A stretch of 64,000 bases of DNA, from positions 11,833 through 75,832 of IMG/VR virus record IMGVR_UViG_3300042154_001567, one strand, 5' to 3'. Below are positions 40,601-49,818 of this stretch, piece by piece. The position numbers were made by a program, and so were the translations under genes. Each line of letters starts with the position of its first letter. Position 1 is the stretch's first letter. The notes beneath the pieces were generated by a model that did no database searches, had not been told where the DNA came from, and worked only from the letters and a program-made list of their open reading frames with translations. The DNA is from a virus.

Positions 40601-43059
40601 ATTCTAGTTCAGCTATATTTAGTGGTGATATATTTATTACTAGATATACTGAAAAAGTTATTATGCCTATATTTGCTCAATATTTATTAGGACAACCTGA
40701 TGAATTTACATATGATTATTCTCAACACGTTAATATACCATATCCAAGATTTTGGTTAAATTCTCAAAAATTTGATATGAGTACTTTAGCTGAGGAAATT
40801 GCTTCTCTTGGTTTTGCAAGTTCTGGTGAATTGGATAATGTTTTTCCTAATGATTTGTTTTATTTAGATAGAGGATCAGATAGTTGTGCTAGTGGTTTAA
40901 GTGCAATCTTTGGTGGTAGTGGTGATCCTAATCCTAAGTTTGCTATGAGATATGCTTATATGTATACTCACGTTAATGGCATATTAGATTTCTTTGTAGA
41001 GTCTGAAGTTAACTTAGCTAATAGAGATTGGGAAGATAGAACAGAAGCAAGAATATATGATGTATATGGATATAATGATATAGATGAATTATTTCATGCA
41101 CAAATAGAAAAGAAAGATAACTTCTATAAATATGATGAATCACTAAGTCCATCTAAATTTGTAACGCAGCTGGGTAGTTTTGGTGAAATTCAACCAAGAT
41201 ACTATGATCCATATACTGCAGAAAATTGTTATGTTAGTTATCCAAAAAGATTAATCTATTCATTACAAGCACAAAAGGAATCTAAGAAAGATTTTTGGAG
41301 AGTATTCTTACCATTCAATTATCAAGACTTTAAAAATAAAGTGAGTGTAATTAAACCTATTAATAAAAATGGTGCTATTATATTCTTTCCTTTTTTATCT
41401 CCGCAAATGTTTCAAGGAGTAGATACTTTGAGAACATCTTTAGATACTAAACTTACTATTGGTGATGGTGGATTATTTAGTCAACCATTCCAAAATATTG
41501 TTAATGCAGATTTATCAAATGAGTATGGTTCATGTGAAAGTTTAAGAAGTGTTATGAATACACCTGTAGGTTTGTTTTTTATATCTCAAGCTCAAGGTAA
41601 AATATTTCACTTTACTGGACAAACATTAGATCCAATATCTAATGCAGGAATGAAATGGTGGTTTAATAAATACTTACCATCTCAACTTGTTAAACAATAT
41701 CCTCAATTAGAAGCTTCACCATTGTCAGATAATCCTGTAGTTGGTGTTGGTTGTCAAACAATCTATGATCCTAATGATGATATAGTTTACTTTATGAAAA
41801 AAGACTATAGAGTTAAAGCTACATATATTGCTGATGTTACATATACAGAAAATAGAGGATTTGCTTTATTAGGAAACCCTATTACATTAGGTGATCCAAT
41901 TTATTTTGATGATTGTTCTTGGACTGTAAGTTATGATCCTAAAGCTAAAGCTTGGATATCATTTCATGATTGGCATCCAGAATTTGCATTACCTAGTATT
42001 AATCATTTCTTTACTACTAAGACTATGACTACTACTATTCCACAATGTCCTCCAGGTTATACATATAATGCTGCTAATGGACTATGTGAACAATCAATCA
42101 ATATTAGTGAGCGTGCTATTATTACAATAGAAGAAGTTAATTCTGTTATTAGTGGCGGATTTCCTAATCCTTTTATTTGTAATTGTCCTCCGGGTTATAC
42201 AAAAGTATTTTATAATTCTACAACCAATGTTTATACTTCACCAACTGGTATATGTAATAATATTAAACCACCTATCTGTAGAAAAGTTACTTGTGCGTGT
42301 CCTATATCTCCTGTAGGTACAACAACTACAACAACAGGAAATTGTGATGATGTTTATTTAGTTGGAAATCCAACATATGTAAATCCAAATCCAAGGATTT
42401 GTAATTATTTTAAATATGAATCTACACCAGCTAATTTTAAAGTTGGTTCATTTTGGAGACATAATTCAAGGTGTGATAGTTTTGCTAATTTTTATGGTAC
42501 TAATTATCCATGGGAAGTAGAATTAGTTTCTAATACAGGACAAATGGTTAATACTGTTAGAAGTATGGAATACCAATTAGAAACTTATGTATATAAAGGA
42601 GACATGGGATTTGCTTGTAATGATGATAGATGGGAAGATTTAAACTTTAACTTTGACCAATCAATTATTTATAATAATGAGCAGGTATCTGGTTTATTAC
42701 AATTAACTCCAACACCATATAATAATCCTGTATTAGAATTGAGTTATCCTATTATTAATACAAATAGTATAAATATACTATGTTCTAAAGTAGAACAGAA
42801 ATATAGATTCAATCAGTTCTATGATATCACTAAAGATAGAGGAGAATTTACAAATGCTGAACAGGCAATATGGGATACTCAACCAAATGGATATATTAAA
42901 GTTTTAAATACTATAAACTTAAATTATAATAAACCTCCATTACAACATAAGAAGTTTAGACATTACTATACTAATGTTATTTTGAGAAGAGTTAAATCAG
43001 AAAATAGAAAGATGTTATTAAGATTGAATAACACTAAATTACTTTTATCAATGAGATAA
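37618..43059 (+). CDS. Tail stabilization or muzzle protein
   Basis: 1813 aa; FIKGMNKD, IGNEPSN, GFLRDEQYAF, IRHHKFP, SWTVSYD..AWISFHDW motifs of crAss-like stabilization proteins. Confidence 0.8.
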   Translation: MAQQNENPGTSSVNTNSFIKGMNKDITQAMEPKESWWHARNAMNNSTDGDLGVIGNEPSNLQCGVIPYTIIGAIHRYGDQWIVYSTDDINSEIGRFDDSECKYEVIVNDPCLNFNRKHLIIGAAKENFDCTWQVYWDDGNNPSRSLNIDKVPWIQTVSSAPGDSCITFADTTSLNCEKIRLAPLVDTPCVTLSKSIDGGMLQNGAYQAFIAYTENEQKVTDYIGVSNIQTLWSHSGTAGSLNVKLSNLDKDYDYYELVLLVRNQGQIYAKRIGLYSTQQQDINIDYIDDTLVAVSLKTIPQRSPAYEKSNAMYVVNDWLIRQGPVSQFDFNYQPIANDIKVNWVANQINASYYHLSGNKMGFLRDEQYAFFIRWIYNTGERSSSYHIPGRAPRPFTTPSGTYLETDTIYGNNVLDAAGDPLYKVYNTGTITAQNLTEVQPDGSLVIARGEMGYWESTERYPANRPDIWGDLCGKPIRHHKFPTEEVGGANSPLHISTTAGDLINILGVEFTNIGRPKNNDGTYISNVVGYEILRGSRAGAKSILAKGLFRNMRKYTIPNAENLIGNSVQGLYPNYPYNDLRPDVYFHDGAANSINRTEGCDNYTESIRDFKPLGSAPAIAGDPSGYSKTVFSFSSPDLMFTKPFLNAYETRLYGEVSGNSSGYFKASEDHPQFKLLRNGAAIIASVIGVGYAMHKVLGTRSTTVEGARGNFDSSSFLMAGLSSGFGPNPLVLVPYIVAGMGAVGAQSAAAVVIDVLLGDAAGLADLYLTGGTATYSKDMLNAGAAIAAGAFPGVTGGTITKTQVNDSSESSLPTIVKLFVASTMAKTNIAIGGNEILELIYNLINKSDFAFKYNSYGFFNSYQKINTGLFRIKNTDSNYLGQSFQSFDSGKYKINNLFRPSTVAVSLSNPVTEPSIIDTSRFTIGGSVSTTGSVNVTDGNITNPSVKQKTPISAYYGALKFNFDNQYGQLDGIKQVQMRGCVEYLDPTKPDAFKYSSSAIFSGDIFITRYTEKVIMPIFAQYLLGQPDEFTYDYSQHVNIPYPRFWLNSQKFDMSTLAEEIASLGFASSGELDNVFPNDLFYLDRGSDSCASGLSAIFGGSGDPNPKFAMRYAYMYTHVNGILDFFVESEVNLANRDWEDRTEARIYDVYGYNDIDELFHAQIEKKDNFYKYDESLSPSKFVTQLGSFGEIQPRYYDPYTAENCYVSYPKRLIYSLQAQKESKKDFWRVFLPFNYQDFKNKVSVIKPINKNGAIIFFPFLSPQMFQGVDTLRTSLDTKLTIGDGGLFSQPFQNIVNADLSNEYGSCESLRSVMNTPVGLFFISQAQGKIFHFTGQTLDPISNAGMKWWFNKYLPSQLVKQYPQLEASPLSDNPVVGVGCQTIYDPNDDIVYFMKKDYRVKATYIADVTYTENRGFALLGNPITLGDPIYFDDCSWTVSYDPKAKAWISFHDWHPEFALPSINHFFTTKTMTTTIPQCPPGYTYNAANGLCEQSINISERAIITIEEVNSVISGGFPNPFICNCPPGYTKVFYNSTTNVYTSPTGICNNIKPPICRKVTCACPISPVGTTTTTTGNCDDVYLVGNPTYVNPNPRICNYFKYESTPANFKVGSFWRHNSRCDSFANFYGTNYPWEVELVSNTGQMVNTVRSMEYQLETYVYKGDMGFACNDDRWEDLNFNFDQSIIYNNEQVSGLLQLTPTPYNNPVLELSYPIINTNSINILCSKVEQKYRFNQFYDITKDRGEFTNAEQAIWDTQPNGYIKVLNTINLNYNKPPLQHKKFRHYYTNVILRRVKSENRKMLLRLNNTKLLLSMR

Positions 43060-45632
43060 TGGAGAAAAAAATACAACATAAAGAAAGTAGAGGATTACCC
43101 GGTGGTCCAAATGAGATGTTTACTTATACCACAGGTATATTTTCTACAGAAGGATTTAGGATGGATAGTCCAGATGTTAATAACTATGAAAACATTATAC
43201 CATCTGGATCTATTACTATGAAAGAAAAAGATGGTAGCCCTTTAAGAAAGGGACCAATCTATGGTGTAGATAATCTAGGTAATGAACAGTTAATGTATCC
43301 AGGATATGATTATGAATTTCCCGGTACACAAGTAAAAGAAACATTGCTAGCTAAAATGGGTGGTGGCTTATTAGATAAAACTATTAAGTGTTCTAGTTGT
43401 GGTTGGGAATGGAAAGCTGCTGATGGTGGTTCAGATATTATGGATTGTCACAAGTGTGGTGGGGAAGGTATGGTAAAAGCACAAAAAGGAGGAAGAGTTT
43501 CTATTCCTGTAACTGATCGTAATGATCCAAGACTTAAAAACTACAGTGATAGTTTGAGTGTTTTTAATACAGGTACTAACTTGAAAAATAAACTTATGAA
43601 TTTTCATAATAGTTTGCCAAATGGATTAGAAAAAGAGAAAGAAGTTTTTGGTGATGATAATTATGAAAAAGGAGTAAAATATAATATTGCGTTAGTTGAA
43701 GGTAAGGATAACAAAGATAAATATAGAAAGTTAAGAGGTGACTATGTTAAGTATATAAATGAACATTTTGGCACTAGGACATCACCCATGATAGATTATA
43801 CTAGACAAGTAGGTACATATTCTCCTAATGCAGGTGGTTCATCAGAATGGGTTTATAATTTTAAAAAACCTGAACAACCTTATTATCTTGAAAGATCAAA
43901 CATGGATACAATTCCATCAAGAGGTATTTCAAATATTGATGCAAATGATAATCTTTCTTTAAAACCTATGTCAGTTGATAGCAATCAATACGTTCCTGAT
44001 AACAAAGTTTATGTTATGAGAAATCCAAATGGTACTGAATCTATTATAGATAACGTTGAAGCACATTCAATGATTAAAAGAGGAGTTCCTGGTATATATA
44101 GCAGAAAGGTTGATAATATAAAAAGAGAAAATATTAGTAATCCTTATGATGAAAGTATTGCTCAAAATTATCAAACAGGAGGTTCTACAGGTGAAGAAGA
44201 TTTAATGACTGAATATGGCAAAAGAATTGTAAAAAAGGTTGCTCAGTATGGTGATAAACTAAGACCTGCATCTTTTTCAAACAAAGCAGCTGATATGGCT
44301 GAAGCAAAAGGATTTGGATTTGGTGAAGATAATCAAGGACCATTAGATGCTGTAAGACATGCAAGTGCTGCAGCAAGTGTTGCATCTAATTTACCTGTAC
44401 CATCATTTATGAATAATATTTTGTCAGGATCTGAACAAGCAATAAGAGAATATGGATCAAGAGCATTAGGTGCTTTATATGAAGTAGCAAACTATAATTC
44501 TGAAGGTAGAGATATGGATTTTTATAATAATAAGATTGGTGCACAAATAGGTTCTATACCAGGACTTACAGATGAGCAACGTTTAAAGCTTATCAATAAT
44601 GCACTACTTAATAAGCAACTACAAATAGATAATAACAAACGTATCAAACCTAAGCAAGAAGGTGGAGAACAAGAAGATACTCCATGGACAGCATATTTAA
44701 ATCCAGCAAACTGGGGTACATCTAGATATGATGATGCGGGTACATTTAAAAAAGCATTTAGAGCAGCACGTATAGAAGGAGACTCTGATTTCTTATATAA
44801 AGGTAATAGGTATTCAACAGAATTAAAACCTGCTGCTCCTCCTTTAAAAGGAATAACACCAGAACTTTTAATAAGACAAGCATATAGAGAATCTACATTT
44901 AACCCCAATGCTGTTTCACCTGCTGGATTTAAAGGTATAGGTCAAATTGGAAAGGCTGTAATAAAAGATTATAAAAAAGCTAATAATATTACAGGTGAAA
45001 TAGATCCTTTTAATATAAAGCAAAACTCTGATGTCCAAAAATATACAATGAATGAATTGTATAATTCAAGTTTTATTGATAAACCGGGACAATCAGAAGA
45101 AGTAAGGCTTGCTAAAACTTTAGCTTCTTATAATTTAGGTAGGACTAAAGTTTCTGATTTATTAAATGATTTAAAAGAAGAGGGTGTTGATATATATAAT
45201 AGTTTAGATTGGATTAATAAATTACCTTCAGAATCAAGAAAATATATTAATGATATATTATTACAAAAAAATACTACTTTTAACAGTGATTTTTCTAAAG
45301 CATTAAGTGATAAAAAGAATATACCAATAAAACGTTTATATGGTTTTAGAGATGGTGGTGAATCAAAACCAGGTCCATTAATGAAGGCATATAACAGACT
45401 TCCAATGGAAAAGAAAATGGGAGGTGCTATTGTCAATAAAAAACAATTTGGTGGCCAATTAAATTCTGGTAACATTACCATGTATAAAGATTATATAAAA
45501 GGTAATATTGAAAATGAAACAGAAGCAGTAAAAAACTATGATAAGTTAAATAGAATTTATTATAGTAAAGCAAAAGAACTAGGAATGAGTGCAGCAAATT
45601 ACATAATGACGCATGTTGCAGACAACTCTTAA
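43059..45632 (+). CDS. Modular internal virion (cargo) protein: Zn ribbon, DAxRH...NNxxG module, SLT lytic transglycosylase
   Basis: CSSC...CHKC; DAVRH...DFYNNKIG; RESTFNPNAVSPAG..GIGQI...ASYNLG...ESRKYI. Confidence 0.75.
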   Translation: MEKKIQHKESRGLPGGPNEMFTYTTGIFSTEGFRMDSPDVNNYENIIPSGSITMKEKDGSPLRKGPIYGVDNLGNEQLMYPGYDYEFPGTQVKETLLAKMGGGLLDKTIKCSSCGWEWKAADGGSDIMDCHKCGGEGMVKAQKGGRVSIPVTDRNDPRLKNYSDSLSVFNTGTNLKNKLMNFHNSLPNGLEKEKEVFGDDNYEKGVKYNIALVEGKDNKDKYRKLRGDYVKYINEHFGTRTSPMIDYTRQVGTYSPNAGGSSEWVYNFKKPEQPYYLERSNMDTIPSRGISNIDANDNLSLKPMSVDSNQYVPDNKVYVMRNPNGTESIIDNVEAHSMIKRGVPGIYSRKVDNIKRENISNPYDESIAQNYQTGGSTGEEDLMTEYGKRIVKKVAQYGDKLRPASFSNKAADMAEAKGFGFGEDNQGPLDAVRHASAAASVASNLPVPSFMNNILSGSEQAIREYGSRALGALYEVANYNSEGRDMDFYNNKIGAQIGSIPGLTDEQRLKLINNALLNKQLQIDNNKRIKPKQEGGEQEDTPWTAYLNPANWGTSRYDDAGTFKKAFRAARIEGDSDFLYKGNRYSTELKPAAPPLKGITPELLIRQAYRESTFNPNAVSPAGFKGIGQIGKAVIKDYKKANNITGEIDPFNIKQNSDVQKYTMNELYNSSFIDKPGQSEEVRLAKTLASYNLGRTKVSDLLNDLKEEGVDIYNSLDWINKLPSESRKYINDILLQKNTTFNSDFSKALSDKKNIPIKRLYGFRDGGESKPGPLMKAYNRLPMEKKMGGAIVNKKQFGGQLNSGNITMYKDYIKGNIENETEAVKNYDKLNRIYYSKAKELGMSAANYIMTHVADNS

Positions 45633-45692
45633 ACCTTAAAAATTAGTAAATCTATTGATTTATTTGTATATTAATAATATAATATAAGTACC

Positions 45693-47405
45693 GTGAAAGT
45701 AAACAAAATAAGTTTAAAGCAAGAAGGAGGACAAGCTACTGAACAAGTTGGGGCACAACCACAACAATCAGTAGATCCTGCTATACAACAAATTTCAGAT
45801 TTTATTTCTCAAGCAATTAACCAAGGACAAAATGCTGCAGAAGTTGTTATGTCTTTAGTTCAGCAACAAGTTGATCAACAAACTATTGGTCAAGCTTTAA
45901 TGATGAATGGTTTTGAAGAAGATGATATTATGTCTTTGTTTGAACAAATGAGTCAAGGTCAACAACCAGAAGAACAAGTTGGTGGTGAACCTGATCCTGC
46001 TAATTTAAATCAAACTCCGGAACAATTAACTCAAGATGAAAGAATGCATGCTGATGATATGTCTGCAAAAGAAACTGAAGAAGCGGGATTATCTTTAGGT
46101 AAATCTGGTATAGAAATTAAACCTGAAAATGAAGGTAAGTTTACTAGATGGGCTCAAGCACGCGGTATGTCTGTACAAGAAGCTGCAAGTAAAGTTATGG
46201 CAAATACAGATGAGTATCCGCCAGCTGTAGTTAAGATGGCAAACTTTGCTAAGAATGCTGCCGGATGGAATAAAGAATATGGTGGTGAAAATTATCAAAT
46301 GGGTGGTGTTCCTCAAGGTAAAGTAGCAGCAGTCAATAATGTATCTGTAGGTAATAAAGATATGAATTGGCAAAGGGCTCCATTATATATTAATCCAATG
46401 GAATTTGAATATACAAATGATAACTTTAGTTTAGGTAAAGCTGCTGCTGTTGCTTATGGTGGTTATAAAGAATTTTTAAGTGGTGCTGATGAAAATAAAG
46501 ATGGTATTAAAGATGGTTTCTTTAGAGATGGTTCTAAAAAATCTGCAATAAGGGATGCATCTAAAGGTAATTACTATAATTATAAAATTACTCAGGATGC
46601 TAATGATATAAATAAACAAAATTCAATGATACCTACTGGAGATAATGGTCAACCCGCTCCTAGTATGTTTAATACAAAACCAGCAACATCAATGATGAAT
46701 GCAATTCCTTCTGCTTCAACTAATATTCCACAAAAATCATTTAAACAATGGTATAGTTCAGGGGATGCTATTAGAAATCAAGGTAAAAGTTCTGATCAAC
46801 TTAAGTCTGAATATGATGCTTATCTTAATAATGGATACATGTATGGTGGAGATATAATGCAATTTGGTGGTCAACTAATGTCCAAAGATGAATGGATGAG
46901 TGAAAATGGAAGGGGTATGATTGGACAAGAGTTAATAGATGAAAATGATTATCAAACTTATGTATCTACAATGGAACCCATTCCTGCATCTCAAACAACA
47001 AGTATACCAGCATTTCAACCAATAAAAGTAGAAAGAACAAATAATTTTGAAGGTGGTCTTAATAGATTTATAGATAGTCCGGGTGTACAAGGCTATGGAA
47101 AATTGTCTAACTTTGCAGTAAAAGGTGCGGATGTTATTAATGATTATTTTAGAGATAAAAATATTAATCAAGCAAGAGAAGATAACTTTAATAAATTGGG
47201 TGCTGATTTTCAATACTCTACTGCAGAAGATCCTTTTAATAAAAGAGGACTATTTGATATTAATACAGGAACTGCAGGAAGTGAAGGAGATAGAACAACT
47301 GGTTTATATATGAGCAAATACGGTGGTGAAAAGAATACTGTAAATGTTGATTCAAATTTATTAGCAAAATTAATTGCAGCGGGAGCTGACATTGAAATAT
47401 TATAA
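45693..47405 (+). CDS. Internal virion (cargo) protein
   Basis: GTG start, Q-rich; IEIKPENEGKFT...ANFAKNAAGW module; many xQxGG motifs. Confidence 0.7.
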   Translation: MKVNKISLKQEGGQATEQVGAQPQQSVDPAIQQISDFISQAINQGQNAAEVVMSLVQQQVDQQTIGQALMMNGFEEDDIMSLFEQMSQGQQPEEQVGGEPDPANLNQTPEQLTQDERMHADDMSAKETEEAGLSLGKSGIEIKPENEGKFTRWAQARGMSVQEAASKVMANTDEYPPAVVKMANFAKNAAGWNKEYGGENYQMGGVPQGKVAAVNNVSVGNKDMNWQRAPLYINPMEFEYTNDNFSLGKAAAVAYGGYKEFLSGADENKDGIKDGFFRDGSKKSAIRDASKGNYYNYKITQDANDINKQNSMIPTGDNGQPAPSMFNTKPATSMMNAIPSASTNIPQKSFKQWYSSGDAIRNQGKSSDQLKSEYDAYLNNGYMYGGDIMQFGGQLMSKDEWMSENGRGMIGQELIDENDYQTYVSTMEPIPASQTTSIPAFQPIKVERTNNFEGGLNRFIDSPGVQGYGKLSNFAVKGADVINDYFRDKNINQAREDNFNKLGADFQYSTAEDPFNKRGLFDINTGTAGSEGDRTTGLYMSKYGGEKNTVNVDSNLLAKLIAAGADIEIL

Positions 47406-47407
47406 CT

Positions 47408-49759
47408 ATGGCAAAAATTAAAATAAATAGTTTACCTGCAGGCTTTAAATTAGTTAATGGTAAAGTAGAAGAAGATCAAATGATGAGAGAAGGTGGTTAT
47501 GTAACTGGTGATCAAGCTGGTTATGGATTAGTTACTTTACCACAGGAGTATTATAATAATGCTAATATAAATACCACAAGAGATGAATCTGTTAGATACA
47601 GTTTATCTAGCGTACCTAGAGACAAAGCAAATATTGAAGCTGAGGGTGGTGAAACGGTATTAACTGATTTAAACAATGACAATCAATTTGGTCTGTATAA
47701 TATAACAGGACCAAGACACTCTAAAGGTGGTGTGCCAATGTTTTTACCAGAACAATCTTTTATCTATTCTGATACAGATAAGATGAGATTTAATCAAGAA
47801 GAGCTTACTGAGTATGGTATAGAGACTAAATTAAAAATGACTCCTGCTCAAGTATCTAAAAGATATGATCTTAATAAGTACTATGGTACTATGAAAGATC
47901 AATTTGCTGATGAGATAACAGCGCGTAGTTCTGAGATTATGTTAAAGAAAAACATGATGGGTTTGTCTAAGTTAGCATTTGGTCAAGAACTTAAAAAGAA
48001 ATTTGATGATGGTGTACCTTTAGCGGCTCATCCATACTTAGTTTCTATTGGAGAAGATCCAATTGAGTTTACTGCTAAGGTGGAAAACATTACTAAGAAG
48101 CAAGCTCAGATGAAAGCCTTTGCTGCTTTGCCTCCTGATCAACAACAACAATTAATATTGTTACAAGAAATGATGGCACAGATGGATCAACAACAACCTC
48201 AGCAAGAACAGTCTTTTGAAGATCCTTCAATGCAAGAACAACAATTAGCTATGGCTGATGAAGATGTTATGGATAATGAGGAAATGGCAAGATATGGTAA
48301 AGAAATAGGAATGTATCAAGATGGTAAAGAAACTCCTAAATTTAAAGCAGATAAAGAAGCTCAATTAAGAAAAGAAAAAATTTCAAGTCAAAATCAAAAA
48401 GGACAAGGTTCTGTATCTATTTATGGTGAAGATCTTATGGGTCAAGAAAAAGCAATGAATGAAAGTCCTATTGGTTTATATAAATATGGTAGATTATCAC
48501 AAGGTAATAGACCTGAATTTCAAAATAGAATTGGAAATGCATATGGTTCTGCAGATATTGCTTTACCAGAATCAAAAGCTGATTTTTATGATAGATGGGG
48601 AGATGTTGTAGCAACAATACCAGGATTTGATTATGATAATCCAGATGCTCCTCAGTGGGGACAGTTTCAAAGAAAAGCTGAAGATACTAGAAAAAAAGAA
48701 CACATTGCTGCATTTGGTAATCTTGATAATTATATACCTTACTTTAAAGAAAAAGGTGATAAAGGTTATGTTAAGGGTGAAGGATTTGATAGTAAATTAG
48801 GATTACGTACATACAATACACCACGTTTTAAACTAGGTGATATACAACCTAGTAATGCTACAATTAATAGTAATGTTCCACCAGTATCAAAAACTCCTTT
48901 AGAAGTTCCACCAGTTAACGAATATATGCCACCTCAACCAGAATGGTGGAGACAAGATGTTAATAATCTAAATGCATTAAGTTTAATTGATGATAATTTA
49001 TATTTACCATGGGCACCAGATGCTGCACCAGCTAAAGTAGATTATGTATTAGATGATTGGAGAGGTAATGCTAATGCAAATTTAGCAGCTGCAAATACTA
49101 TGGCTCAAGCATTAGGTGCTGTCGGTGGACCACAAGCTGTTGCTGCTTCAAATATTCAAGGTACGGCTATGGATAACATTGCTCAAGGTATTAATAATGT
49201 CAATACCAATAATGTGCGTATAATGAATCAAGTAGCTCCAATGCAATCACAATTGAATATGCAAGTTGATGCTATCAATCAAGCTAGAAATATGAAAGTT
49301 TATGATGATACTCAAAAGACTTTGCAATCTAGTGATAACTTTCAAAATTGGAAGATTGGTAAAGAGAATGAATTATTTAATGCTGCACTTACTAATAGAG
49401 CTAATACAGCTAATTTAAATTCAATATATGATAATTATTCAATTGATCCTACAACTGGAGGTATTATTGGATTTAAAGGTGCTAAAGCTCTTCAAAAAGT
49501 AGGTAAACAACCTGATTTAATTAAAAACTTTTATGATCAAGTTGTTGATTATGAAAGACAAACGGGTAAACCAATGCCAGATGCTCTTATTAATAAATTA
49601 TTTCCAGGACAAACAGCAATTGATCCTGATATAACTAATGCACAATTAGAGGCACAAAGAAGAGGTGCTCCAATAGGTTATCCACAGACTCAGAGTAAAT
49701 CAGGAAAAGAAATAAAAAGAATGGTGGTGCCATTCTATACAGGAAAGATGGGAGCATAA
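47408..49759 (+). CDS. Internal virion (cargo) protein
   Basis: NIEAEGGET...GPRHSKGGVP module; N/Q/A-rich helical C terminus. Confidence 0.7.
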   Translation: MAKIKINSLPAGFKLVNGKVEEDQMMREGGYVTGDQAGYGLVTLPQEYYNNANINTTRDESVRYSLSSVPRDKANIEAEGGETVLTDLNNDNQFGLYNITGPRHSKGGVPMFLPEQSFIYSDTDKMRFNQEELTEYGIETKLKMTPAQVSKRYDLNKYYGTMKDQFADEITARSSEIMLKKNMMGLSKLAFGQELKKKFDDGVPLAAHPYLVSIGEDPIEFTAKVENITKKQAQMKAFAALPPDQQQQLILLQEMMAQMDQQQPQQEQSFEDPSMQEQQLAMADEDVMDNEEMARYGKEIGMYQDGKETPKFKADKEAQLRKEKISSQNQKGQGSVSIYGEDLMGQEKAMNESPIGLYKYGRLSQGNRPEFQNRIGNAYGSADIALPESKADFYDRWGDVVATIPGFDYDNPDAPQWGQFQRKAEDTRKKEHIAAFGNLDNYIPYFKEKGDKGYVKGEGFDSKLGLRTYNTPRFKLGDIQPSNATINSNVPPVSKTPLEVPPVNEYMPPQPEWWRQDVNNLNALSLIDDNLYLPWAPDAAPAKVDYVLDDWRGNANANLAAANTMAQALGAVGGPQAVAASNIQGTAMDNIAQGINNVNTNNVRIMNQVAPMQSQLNMQVDAINQARNMKVYDDTQKTLQSSDNFQNWKIGKENELFNAALTNRANTANLNSIYDNYSIDPTTGGIIGFKGAKALQKVGKQPDLIKNFYDQVVDYERQTGKPMPDALINKLFPGQTAIDPDITNAQLEAQRRGAPIGYPQTQSKSGKEIKRMVVPFYTGKMGA

Positions 49760-49818
49760 ACTTTAAAAGTTTTATGATTTATCTTGTTAAACTTAATAAA
49801 TTTTAGTAATTTACAATT

